In this document: one piece after another, positions 22,276-33,965 of the stretch
Position numbering within the stretch: the stretch's first letter is position 1
Layout of the letters: each line of letters begins with the position of its first letter
DNA from: Octopus bimaculoides
Lineage: Eukaryota
Assembly (NCBI RefSeq): GCF_001194135.2
Contig: NC_069000.1
Span: forward strand, 28,203,104-28,267,103
DNA length: 64,000 nucleotides
Direction of reading: 5' to 3'
Translations under genes and position numbers: made by a program
The notes under the pieces: generated by a model
What the model was told of the DNA's origin: nothing
Databases searched by the model: none
Seen by the model: only the letters and a program-made list of their open reading frames with translations

Positions 22276-22943
22276 CTCCTATAATAATAACTACTGAGTT
22301 TCTTAACTCTTTGGATCGTCCTGGAATACCTTCTCACAAACTGATATTGAAGAAAGGATTTCCTATCGTGCTCTTGAGAAATCTGGATCCCCCAAAGCAG
22401 TGCAATGGAACAAGACTAATTGTCAGGCCAATGCATCCACATCTTTTGGAACTAACAATCCTCAATGGACAAGAAAAGGGAGAAAATGTATTTATTTCAA
22501 GTATTCTACTGATTCCAGCAGACAGGCCCTTTGAATTCAAGAGACTTCAATTTCCAGAAAGAGTTAGTCTTGCAATGTCAATTAACAAGAGTCAAGGACA
22601 ATCACTCAAAATTGTTAGACTTCACCTCATGCAGCACTGTTTTTCCCATGCTCAGGTCTATGTTGGTTGATCCAGAGTTAGAAATGGTAGCAATCTCTTC
22701 ATACTCACACCAAATGGTAAAAACCAAGAATATTGTTTAACCTGCTGCTTTACAATGATCTCCAAATGTCACAATGATACAAAATTCTTCAAATATATAA
22801 ATCTATGATATAAATCTGAGATGGTAAGATACCAATAAATGGTTTATTATTATTTCTCTCTTTAGTTTTGGGCTATAGGCCCAATTAGCCCACCACAGGA
22901 GCCAGCTTTAAAAAATTTGCATGGAGTGCAGCTTTTAAGCTAG
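22275..22943 (+). mobile_element. Internally deleted Helitron retaining the PIF1 helicase C-terminus
   Basis: A|TCTCCTATAATAA 5' end; TEFLNSL, PSHKLILKKGFPIVLLRNLDPPKQCNGTRL, FKRLQFP, AMSINKSQGQSL, CFSH, KTKNIV; ends GCTAG|T. Confidence 0.85.
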
Positions 22944-23577
22944 TGTATAATAATATTCTTAACGTAATTAAACACATGTAACAAGAAATTAAAATTATGC
23001 CAAACTTTCCAGTCTTTGTTTTAACAGACACACACACACACACACACGCACAGAGAGAGGGCTTGTAGTAAAATGCACCCAGTTCAGTGTTAAGGGATTG
23101 TTGATAAGAGACAAGGGACTGTAGTGGACAGCAAATAAGCGCAAGGTCCAGCTAGCCCATGCCAAAGGATTGTGATATATATGTTTGTGCATGACTGGTA
23201 TTCGCTTTAATCAATCTTGGAAGGATATCAGGCAAATGTAATCCTCAACTTGAAGCTTTACCATTTGTTGAATAAGAGAGAGAGAAAATAAAGATTAGAG
23301 AGATTTAAAGAAAAATATAAATTGAAAATAAAAGTTAATGGAAACTAAAAACCTGAATAGGAGAGAGATGGAGAGATGATGACGATAATGAGAAGTACTT
23401 ACTATGATGTAAACTGGGCACTGTAATCTGAAAATTGACTTCTCGAGGAAACATTTGTTTCTCTAAAAGAAGAAAAAAAAAAGAAAAACATTTTTTTAAA
23501 ATTAAATTTTATAACTTTAGTGTAATAATATACAATTAATGTTCGTTTGCTAAACACAAAAATGTATTTAACATATA

Positions 23578-25078
23578 CAGGGGTTGCACAAAATAATGGA
23601 GATACCTTACAATTTCCAACAAATCTATTTTAATATGGAGTAGGACTGCCTTTGGCAGTAATTACAGCTTGAATTGTTTCCAATAGGAACTTTTGTCCAT
23701 TCTTCAGCTAAAACAGTCTCTAGTTCTTGTAGTGATGATCATCATCATCATCATCATCATCGTTTAACGTCCGCTTTCCATGCTAGCATGGGTTGGACGA
23801 TTTGACTGAGGACTGGTGAAACCGGATGGCAACACCAGGCTCCAGTCTGATTTGGCAGAGTTTCTACAGCTGGATGCCCTTCCTAACGCCAACCACTCAG
23901 AGAGTGTAGTGGGTGCTTTTACGTGTCACCCGCACGAAAACGGCCACGCTCGAAATGGTGTCTTTTATGTGCCACCCGCACAAGCCAGTCCAGGGGCACT
24001 GGCAACGATCTCGCTCGAAAATCCTACAGGAGCCAGTCAGGCGGTACTGGCAACGGCCACGCTCAAAATGGTGCATCTCATGTGCCACCCGCACAAGAAC
24101 CAGTCCAGGGGCACTGGCAACGATCTTACTTGGCTTGCCGGGTCTTCTCACGCACAGCCCATGAGGATATCGACTCCTTACTTGTTTTTCTAAAATGCAC
24201 CATAAATGTTCAGTAATATTGAAATCTAGGGACTGTGGTGGCCAGATAAGATGTTCAACTTCACTAGAATGTTCCTTGTAACAACATTAACAGTAACAAC
24301 TTTAGCAGTGTGAGTTGGTGCATTATCAATCAATCCTGAAAGATTGCCTTTCCCTCCAGAAACAGTTCTGCAACCATAGGATGAATTTGATCAGATAAAA
24401 TGCTTATGAAGGGATATCATTGGGCCAGCAGATTTCCAAGATATAGCCCCCCCACCCAAGACCATCACAGATCCTCCTCCATGTTTAACAGTTGGAAGAA
24501 GGCAGTCTGGGTCAAATGCTTCTTTTGGCTATCTCCATAAATATACTCAGCTGGTGGTCAGAAATAAGGTAAAGGATGATTCGACCAAACATTCTTCCAC
24601 TCCTCTAGGGATCAATTCTGTAGGTTTTTACACCATTCTAAACACTTTGCAATGTTTGTTTTTGAAAGTAGTGGTTTTCTGATTGCAGCTTTGTGCAGCT
24701 CCAGGCAAACAGCTTTTGTGAAAACTGGGTTCTCGAGGTGGTCATTAAGCTCTGCAGTAATTTTGGAAGCTGTATTTTTGTGATGCTTTCTAACAATTCA
24801 CGTAAGAGTCCAACTGTCCCTATCTGAAAGTTTTTGTTTTCTTCCGGAGTTTTGTTTCGACGAGGTGGTTTTTCCCTCTTTTTCAAAGGCTGTCATTACT
24901 TTCAAGACAGTCCTTCTTGATACACCAAACATTTCAGCTGTTTTCATTACGCTAGTGCCTGCCATACGAGCACCAACAATTTCACCTCTTTGAAAGTCCG
25001 ATAGATCTGTCATTTTAATGAATTTTTATTACCTTTTTCTGATGATATCTTTGTTTCCATTATTTTGTCCAACTCCTG
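23578..25078 (-). mobile_element. Tc1-family transposon with both TIRs, decayed, interrupted by an RTE tail
   Basis: TA|CAGGGGTTGCACAAAATAATGG and CCATTATTTTGTCCAACTCCTG|TA; MTDLSDFQRGEIVGAR HTH start at 25013; PTVKHGGGSVM motif. Confidence 0.88.
23739..24163 (-). mobile_element. CpG-rich (young) RTE 3' end inserted into the Tc1 copy
   Basis: (CAT)n tail then cgtttaacgtccgctttccatgctagcatggg; Tc1 sequence resumes at gaggatatcgactcc; internal ~114-bp tandem unit. Confidence 0.85.
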
Positions 25079-25156
25079 TACTTGTTTTCTTTGATCAGAT
25101 ACCTTTCACATCAACAACCCTCTTTTCTTATGTTCATTAGAAATTAGTTACTTCTT

Positions 25157-26055
25157 AGGGACTGTCAGACTCTTACGCGAATTATTAGAAAGGATCACCA
25201 AAGTACAGCTCCCAAAATTACTGCAGAGCTTAATGACCACCTGGATAACTCAGTTTCCACAAAGATTGTTCACCGGAAGCTGCACAAAACCGGATTTCAC
25301 AGGGGGACTGCAATCAGAAAACCACTACTTTCAAAAACAAACATTGCAAAGCATTTAGAGTGGAGTAAAAACCTACAGAATTGGTCCCTAGAGCAGTGGA
25401 AGAATGTTATTTTCTCGAACAAGTCATCCGTTACCTTATTTCTGACCACTGGCCAAGTATATGTGTGGAGTTAGGCAAAAGAAACATTTGACCCAGACTG
25501 CCTTCTTCCAACTGTTAAACATGGAGGAGGATCTGTGATGATCGGGGGGGGGGGGGGCTATATCTTGGAAATCTGCTGGCCTAATGGTTTCCCTTCATGG
25601 CAGAATTAATAGTCAAAACTATTTAAGCATTTTATATGATCAAATTCATCCTATAGTTGCAAAACTGTTTCCAGAGGGAAAGGCAATCTTTCAGGATGGT
25701 AATGCACCAATTCACACTGTTAAAGTTGTTACTGAATGGCACGAGGAACATTCTAGTGAAGTTGAACATCTTATTTGGCCACCACAGTCTTCAGATTTCA
25801 ATATTACTGAACATTTATGGTGCATTTTAGGAAAACAAGTAAGGAGTCGATATCCTCCACTATCATCACTACAAGAACTAGAGACTGTTTTAGCTGAAGA
25901 ATGGACAAAAATTCCTTTGGAATCAATTCACACTTTGTACAAGTCCATACCTTGTAGAATTCAAACTGTAATTACTGCTAAAGGCAGTCCTACACCATAT
26001 CAAAATAAATTTGTTTGGAATTGTAAGGTGCTTCCATTATTTTGTGCAACCCCTG
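25157..26055 (+). mobile_element. 5'-truncated Tc1 copy of the same family in opposite orientation
   Basis: ORF 25584-26129 has IFQDGNAPIH, WPPQSSDFNITEHLW, SIPCRIQTVITAKG; 3' TIR CCATTATTTTGTGCAACCCCTG|TA. Confidence 0.9.
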
Positions 26056-26668
26056 TACAACTGATATGGAATGGAATTAGACTGGTTACTCATAGGTTGA
26101 AAGTTCAAACCCACAACAGGTGTTTCTAACATTGCCTCAGCTCAAATAGGGGTCAGGTATTAGATACCTGATTATTCAAGTGATTATTATTTTCTTTACA
26201 TGATAGTCAATAGAGAAAGGGCAATATTTATAACACTTTTCAATGACTCCAAAAGTGGTAGGAAGACGTTATCTTCCACATGTTTAAAGGAGTAGATTCC
26301 ACTAAGGGCATTCAAGGTCAAGGTGGTGATGATAAACTGCTGACAAGAATGGCCCTTCTGACAGACTACCAAATTTTGACCCAAGGCTATGGTTGATGGA
26401 ATCTGCCCAAGATATGATGCAATGGGACTAAAACCAAAATCATGTGGTTACAAAGTGGACTTCTTAATCACAGGGTTGTGGAAATAGATTTATTTCTTAT
26501 TCACTTCATGACAAGAAATCAAAGTTAAACATCATGGTACAGAATTATAGGCATCATTCTAGAGTGATCTGAAATATGTTATAAGTTTTCCAAATATGAT
26601 GCCTTTGCCAAATCTTTAGAATATTGCAAGCCTCAGTTACTTCATTGGTACTATCTCAGAACAATGAA

Positions 26669-26801
26669 AGAAATAAATAAAGCTAAATCTGTATGACTGC
26701 CCTCTGCTCTTTTAAGACTTTAGCTGAAAGATAGTCTAAATGAATTCAGAAGTCTTAAAAGATCAGAGGGCAGTCATATAGATTTAGCTTTGTTTATTTC
26801 T
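26669..26801. repeat. Inverted repeat: 52-bp arms, ~29-nt loop
   Basis: 26669-26720 versus reverse complement of 26750-26801 shows 3 mismatches. Confidence 0.9.
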
Positions 26802-27379
26802 AGAAGATAAAAGCAGTACCAAAGACCTTCCTTGTTTTAGGGCATCATGGGGGAAAAAGGAAGAAGATATTACAAATCATGAATTATCTCCCAATGCTTG
26901 CAGCAAAGTCTATTCCACTAAAAGCACTGAAGTAACAGGTGGCAGTATTAAACCAACCAAGAGAGTAGGTCTATACAAGCAACAGGTACAGTCAGATAGG
27001 ACTATGCTGTTTCACTCAGTTGAAACTGAGGACATGTCTAACATTTGCATATCTAAGATGTGCCGTGCAAGCAAGCCATTCACTTGCCGTCACCTGCTCA
27101 AAACTAACTGGGGACAGTCAACAACAAATAAATTTCATCATAAAAAAGAAAGATACTTCAAGAAATTGAAACAAAATGTTTAAACATTTTTCTTTTTATG
27201 TCAAAGAAACTTTGACTTAATAGCATCATAAAATTCACATTAATTGAAAACCATTTAAAAACGTGAACAGTTTAGAAAACTCATTAGGAAAATATGCTTT
27301 ATTAGATTAATGCACAAATTAAATATTAGTAGCATGCTTTTTAATTTCCAGAGTTAAGAGTTAATAAATTATTATATTA

Positions 27380-27560
27380 TCTTACATATTAAAACTGAAA
27401 ATTTCTTTGTGTGTATCGGTATGTCCTCGTTTTCTGCCAAAACGGCTTGACCGATTTTTCTTAAACTTCACACGCACATCACTTATGTGTCTGGGGAAGT
27501 TTTAAGTATAAATTGATTTCGAAAAAAATGTTCAGATAAACGGCGGGAGGAATAACATTT
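27380..27560 (+). mobile_element. Probable Helitron/Helentron-type 5' end
   Basis: A|TC start, AT-rich leader, short GT-rich run, then aaaacggcttgaccgatttttcttaaactt, typical of non-autonomous Helitron 5' regions; CpG-rich. Confidence 0.45.
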
Positions 27561-28069
27561 GGGCGCAAGTGAACGGCAAGAGTAATTATCTTAAGCTTCC
27601 AAGAGAAATAACCTATTCATTTTCAGTATGCTTATTTCTTAGTATTTAAACTATTTTAGTTATTTCTCAATTTATCCAGTACAATGCTTAAACAAGTAAA
27701 TAGTATTCTCCTAAACAATACATCCACTTATTTCGGTAGGTGACTTATTCACGAATATACCAACACTAGCGCTGCTGAGGGTAATATTCTCTGGGAATGC
27801 ACAAAAGCCCTTTTCAGAGTTATTTACTTTGAATTGTTATTATCTCATATCTAATTAGCCTGTTATTACATAACATGTTTCATGATTTTAGGAAACACCT
27901 TATTATTATTTTCTCCTAAAATCTATATACTCTGGGAACGTATTAAAGCCCTTTTCGGGGCTACTTTATTTGAATTCTTTCTGTAGGGTAATTAATTTCA
28001 TGATATTACATAACTGACTTCACAATTTGGGTATTCATAACTTATTGGGAATTCCTAAAAACAAGATTG

Positions 28070-28430
28070 CGGAGGCGCAATGGCCCAGTGGCTAGGGTAG
28101 TGGACTCATGGTCGGAGGATCGTGGTTTTGATTCCCAGACCGGGCGTTGTGTGTGCTTATTGAGCGAAAACACCTAAAGCTCCACAAGGCTCTGGCAACC
28201 CCTGTTGTACTCTTTTGCCCCAACTTTCTCTCACTCTTCCTGTTTCTTGAGTAACACTGCGATGGACTGGCGTCCCGTCCAGCTGNNNNNNNNNNNNNNN
28301 NNNNNNNNNNNNNNNNNNNNNNNNNNNNNNNNNNNNNGGGGGGGGGGGGGTGACACGCCATAGAAACCAGGAAACCGGGCCCATGAGCCTGGCTAGGCTT
28401 TAAAAGGGCACATAATAAAATAAAATAAAA
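28070..28430 (+). mobile_element. tRNA-derived SINE, family C, with a V-domain-like core
   Basis: Head ggcgcaatggcccagtggctaggg...ggttttgattcc; ctgcgatggactggcgtcccgtccag resembles the V-SINE core; N gap inside. Confidence 0.6.
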
Positions 28431-28559
28431 TAATAAAAACAAGATCCTGTGTAAGACAGTTTGGTATTCTCTGTAAATGCACAAAAACCGTTTTAACGGC
28501 TACATACTTTGCATTGTTGTTACTTGATTAGTGAAACAATTGTGAGAATGAACAAAGGG

Positions 28560-28790
28560 ATAAGCCCACTTTTCCGGGAACTGACTGGGAGAACAATGCC
28601 TGTCATCGCCACAGATGGAGGAAGCAGGTTAAGGAGGTGGGGTCGACACTTTTGAGAGAGCACGTATCCAGCACGGCTGGTGTAGTGAATGGGGAAAGCT
28701 TGATCTGCAATGTTTGTAGTCATGTATGCTTGTCAAGAGCAGGGCTCATTAGCCACCAACGGAGCCACAAATGCAAAATATTAGTCCTAG
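28560..28790 (+). mobile_element. 3' end of an RTE-BovB/RTE-X-like LINE (different family from the main RTE)
   Basis: LICNVCSHVCLSRAGLISHQRSH, the C2H2-like terminal motif of RTE ORFs. Confidence 0.65.
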
Positions 28791-28835
28791 AGTGCACAAT
28801 GTTCTTGAAGGTCAGCAATATTTGTGTAGAAAGAA

Positions 28836-29060
28836 GACTGTCATACATATGTGTATATTTTTGTGTGTGTCTGTGTTTGTACCCCCACCATTGCTTGACA
28901 ATTGATGTTACTGTGCTTACGTTCCCATAAATTAGCAGTTTGGCAATAGACACTGATAGAATAAGTACTAGGCTTACAAAGAATAAATCACATGGTCAAT
29001 CTGTTTGGCTAAAGGCAGTGCTCCAGCATGGCCGCAGTCACATGACTGAAACAAGTAAAA
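28836..29060 (+). mobile_element. CORE-type SINE family A, 3' half
   Basis: ccaccattgcttgacaa...ataagtactaggcttacaaagaataa...ccagcatggccgcagtca. Confidence 0.8.
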
Positions 29061-30468
29061 CAAAAAAACAAAAAAACTATGCTATTTTAATCCTGAGCAA
29101 GACCAGGTATATCTGCTAGTTTATATTTAATGGGAAAGAGGCTTTGTAAAAGAGAAATTGGCACATAAGCTAATCAGATAAGTTACCAAAACCAGATACA
29201 CACCTACAAAGGAAGACAGTCTTCAGTGAAACAGCAGCAACCCCAAAATAATAGGTTATAGTGCTTACCACTGATCTGTCTAAAAAAAAGTGCAAAATAG
29301 AGCTTTCCAGTAATATTAATTGGATACCTTTTTTATTAGTTCATCAGCAGAGAAGGGACAATACCCATGACATTTTACAGTCTCTTCTGCCCAGCTTTCC
29401 ATTGGTTAGAGTACTCCACAGACATGTATATCCTCAAAGTAGTTCTCTGAGCGATTCAGCATGACACAGAATGCTCAGTAGACTGGAGCAACAAAAAAAG
29501 TATCTAACTCAAGGACACAACATGCTACCAGGAATCGAACTCATGATCTTACAATAATGAGCCAATTACCTTGGCCATTAAGCCAGATGCCTTCTCACAG
29601 TCTCTGCACAACCGGTAAGATAGATGCAGTGGATATTTAACCTAAACATTAGCAGATAAATGTATCTAGAAAAAAATGTGCCCAAAGAGTATTTCCAATA
29701 GTGACCTCCATTAAATACATCTTAGGTCATTGTGGTAGGGCAAGGTTAAATCTGTCAGGTTTACCACTCAATTAGTGAAAAGCACAGACAAGAATTGACA
29801 TGGGTTCTTACCAGTGGTACAATTTTCTGAGAAAAATGGATTGGCATTAATCATTAGGAAATCAGAAAAAATAGCTTGAGTAATTGCTCAGACTCTTTGT
29901 AATCAAAGTTCAAATCATTGATTAAAAAGGATCTTTTCTCTCATCTTTCTGGCAGCAATAACATACAGTACAAGTCAAGTACAGGAGTCAATGTCATTTG
30001 TTAATTCCACCTTCCAAATTTTTGGCCTATAATAATATTGAATTCTTTCTTTTTTTTTCCTTTTTTAATGAAATAAGGAGGAACCAAGGTGTTATAACAT
30101 GAGATTTTACAGCTTGTATCCCCATACAAAAGGATACTAACAGTAAAAGACACAAAAAAAAAAGTGTAGCCATTATAGAACATTAAAAGTCAATGGTTTA
30201 GAAAAAAAAACTGATTTTAATAGAATGACTGCCAGGCTTTCATTTAAATACAGCTAAAAAATTTAAAAAACTTACAAGATTTTGTAGATACAAGTATATA
30301 AATTATAGGAAATGAGAAAACTTTACAGATATGCATATTTAATATATTTGCAAGATGAAAGGATAAATATAAAAAATGTGAGTTTGAATAATTTGTTATA
30401 TGTTATACAATACAGAGTAGAAATTGTCAGTTGTAACTCTTTGAAAGAGACTAGAAATTGAAACTTAC

Positions 30469-31335
30469 TTGTTTTGCTGGAAAACACCTGTATTAGTGGT
30501 GGAGTGTTGCCTCATTTCACGAGTATTTTCAGCTGATATTACAGCAGCATCTACACCCCGATTATAATACTGAGGCAACATTTTCCTAACAGGATTACAA
30601 TTTTTGTCTAATGAAGAAACAGTTTGATACGGCAAGTTGGTGTGCATGGGTTTGTCAAGTGATTTCCATGCAATCCGAGGTACTGCAAAACTATACCTGC
30701 CAGAAACATTTTCTGGTATTGGTGATATACCATAAACGAAATCACTGCCTTTTACAGTTGTTACTGGTTGCTGCAAGGCAGAATAGTCGAAATGTTTTTG
30801 GCTCGAAATGTTTTCTTCAGTGATATAGTCTTTATTTAAATTCTTCAAATTATTTTTAACATCTGAATTTGATTTAACATTCCAGCTCAATTTTTCATAC
30901 TGACATTTGGTTTTAGGTTTGTCTGCCTGCAAAACCTTTTCAGAACACTTTTTGTCAGGCCTTTTAAAAGTTAACCTTAAGATATTCCCAAAATCTATAT
31001 TTTTATTTTCCATGTTAGAAATCCACTCTTTTTGTGAAGTGGTATCATTAGCAGTAAATTGCCTATCTTTGGACACAGAACTTTCTTCAGTGGATTGGCT
31101 GTCTTCAGATACAGGATTCACATCAGTGGAACAGTCATTCATATGGGCATCGCATGGAACTTCTAATTGGCTATATTGACAATTTGAGTAGCCTAACAAA
31201 TTATTTGCCTTGCTGATAGTAGAAGACATTTTTCTATGCAAAACTCTGGGACGCTTTCTTTCAGAATGTTTATTTACATGAGCATATCCTTTCATATTCT
31301 TCATTGTAGATGTACTAAATGCTGATGATTGACAC
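30469..31335 (-). CDS. LEM protein, large (867-nt) internal exon, low-complexity Ser/Asn/Lys-rich
   Basis: Acceptor ttttggttttgtaatgacttcacAG, donor AACAA|GTAAGT; phase 2-2; open for 288 codons; joins in frame to exons 47653-47578 and 21526-21428. Confidence 0.82.
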
Positions 31336-33306
31336 CTGTGAAGTCATTACAAAACCAAAATGCAACAATGAAAATATTTTCAGTGAAATGCTTAAATCAT
31401 ATACAGGGAAATTATAGTCTTATTCCAGTGAATAAAAACTAATTTTGAAATACAAAATGAATAGAAAATTTAAATAACTACAAGAAAAAAAAAAATCTGT
31501 TTCCTATTCCATTTTGTTAAGAGAAAGCATTTTTTTTTTAATTAGTTAATCTGAGCTAGTATGCCTCCTCAGAATTCTGATGTCAATGTGATTAATGCTC
31601 AGTTTGAATTAACTTAAAAGAAAAGAACCCTAGAGGTATACAGTTCTGGATAGAAATAAACAAGCAAAAGTGTTTAGTAAGGGGTATAGGGGATGAAAAA
31701 TATTTGGAAGAAAGACAGGTAAATTCAGTGAACATGGGTAGTAGACAACATACTCGTTTAGAAAAGCAGAAACTATTAAAGTAACATTCAAAGAGACATA
31801 AAGAGAATATAATACATCAATGCTTGTGCAGTGTGTTAGTGAATGAAAAGTTGCCTATCAATCAAGTGGCTTTTTTCTGGTTCTGAGGAGGAAGTCCAGC
31901 TTCTGAGATGCAATCATCATAGATGACCAAACCTAGTAGCTGTTGAGTTTGGAAGATGAGTTTAGTTGTGTTGTTCATGAACATATGAGTATAACATGAA
32001 TATGTTTCCATGACACGTTTACTATAGTCTTAATCTATAGTATCAAGACAAAGTTCCCATGGCAGAATGTTTCAAGGTTCCTGTTCATAGATGTAAATTC
32101 ATGCTTACCAAAATTTGTCTAGGCTACATGTGAAGAATGTGATTGTGTGCAAACAGTGAAAAGTGAATGGTAGTGGAACATGTTTTTAGTATATAGAATG
32201 GTTTAAAATATTGCATTCTTCCCTTTATTACATAAAAAATCCAGAATCAAAAAAAGCTTGGTGTGGATTATATCAACGAAAATCTACTATAATAATACTT
32301 GTGTTTTTCTGTCACAACATATGAATGAGAGAGAAAGGGGTGATAGATGAATAAGGACAGAAGAGGGGATGGCAGACTGGTAGTGGGATAATGTAAATTC
32401 TACAGTGGAAAAAAAGTCAGTGTTTCAACTCTGTGTGAGTATATGTAAGTAAAAGGGAGGTATGTGAATGTTTGTGTGTGTGTGTGTGTGTGTGTAATGG
32501 AAGTAGGATGGTGAACATTCAACACTGAAAAGAAAAATCAAACAGCGTTTCAACTCCATGTAAGTATATGCTTGTGTGTACAAAAGAAGTATGTGAATGT
32601 TTGTATGTGTGATCATTATGTCCCTTATTTTGTACCTTATGTATACATAAAATACTACAATTAGCCATCATTTTTGATGGCACGAGGCCAGCTAGTCATG
32701 TAATAAAGTTCATAAGTCTAGATAAGTTTGTATGCTGTAGAGATGAAAGTAGTCATATTATGAGCAAAATCCTTCATTGGAGAGATTCACTTTTTAATAC
32801 AGCATCAAGATAAAAAAACATCTCTCTCCCTGCAAGGGATAGACTTATCCCAATTTACCTTCTTATATTATCTGTCTTTTTTGATACTATCAAATGATAT
32901 CAACTACTTAATCAAAACTAGATAGCTTTGAAGTAATTTCAACTGATGTAAATATCATCGAAGAGATATCATTTTAAATCAGTAACATGAATGAGCCTGT
33001 GGACAATAATTTGTGAGTGAAAACATACGTTAAATAAATAGTTTAAGCCTCAATACCAAAACTGTAATTGAATAGAAGTTGCCTATTTATAAATTTGTTA
33101 AATGCAAGGATGTTTTTATTGATAAGAGACTATTATTATTAACTGTCAGACCTGGGCCTTTATGTCTAACTTTACACTCTAACTTGGCTCTTGAGGGGGG
33201 TAAAAAAAGTTGCATACACAGCTTAAGTGTAATGATTGCAAGCAACCTAATGGATAGAATCACAAAAAAAAAAAATCAGGAGAATAACAGACCTATCTCT
33301 CAACTA

Positions 33307-33403
33307 TCATATTTTTTCATCCAAATCACTATTTTCTTCATTAATTTGACCAGTTTCATTATCTGGGTCACTTTCATTGTCTGCATATGGGTAAACTTTG
33401 TAT
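33307..33403 (-). CDS. Candidate alternative terminal (or poison) exon of the LEM gene
   Basis: Acceptor attttgttcttcAG, phase 2 as the upstream donor requires; YKVYPYADNESDPDNETGQINEENSDLDEKI then TGA TAG; AATAAA on minus at 33115-33120. Confidence 0.45.
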
Positions 33404-33769
33404 CTGAAGAACAAAATATCACCAATAATTTTCTCAATTGAAAAGAACCTAGGCCTTTCTTGTTTACTAGACAAAGTGTTGGGATCATCACATGCTCATT
33501 TCATTGCAAAAATCTATTTCTTTATTTTTTTCCTGATTAACAGCAAAATTAAACTATAGCAATGGGGGACATCATTAACAAGGAGTCATAAACATACTTG
33601 ACTACAATGCTGCCATGTGATTAGTTGTCTATTTTTAGTATTTTATCTTCCTTTTTCTATGTGTGTTGTTCATTACTGCTTTAACAGGAATCCTGTAGAG
33701 ATAATATTTTGGCTATTCCCACTATACTGGAAACACAGTGCAATAGGGTTAATGTAGTGAGTGGGCAGA

Positions 33770-33965
33770 ATTATTAGTGCAGACAAAACACTAAACAGCA
33801 TTTCTTCTGGCTCTTCATGTTCTGAGTTCAAATCCTACTGCGGTTAACTTTGCCTTTCACCCTTTTGGTGGAGTGAATAAAATGGGTATCTATCAAGTAT
33901 TGGGGTCAATGTAATCAACTTGCCATCTTCCTCAAAATTGCTAGCCTTGTGCCAAAATTAGAAAG
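33770..33965 (+). mobile_element. Family B SINE
   Basis: gttctgagttcaaatcc...ttaactttgcctttcaccc...gggtcaatgtaatcaac...ccttgtgccaaaatt. Confidence 0.7.

Noticed and set aside
22311-22670. Host PIF1 helicase gene
   Set aside because: Helitron-type sequence with Helitron termini, truncated and with a stop.
23816-24216. Cluster of overlapping ORFs with repeated peptides; possible CRISPR-like array
   Set aside because: GC-rich RTE 3' UTR with a tandem unit; no constant repeat/unique spacer structure, and the context is eukaryotic.
30611-31179. Two + strand ORFs (70 and 90 aa)
   Set aside because: Antisense shadows of the 867-nt coding exon.
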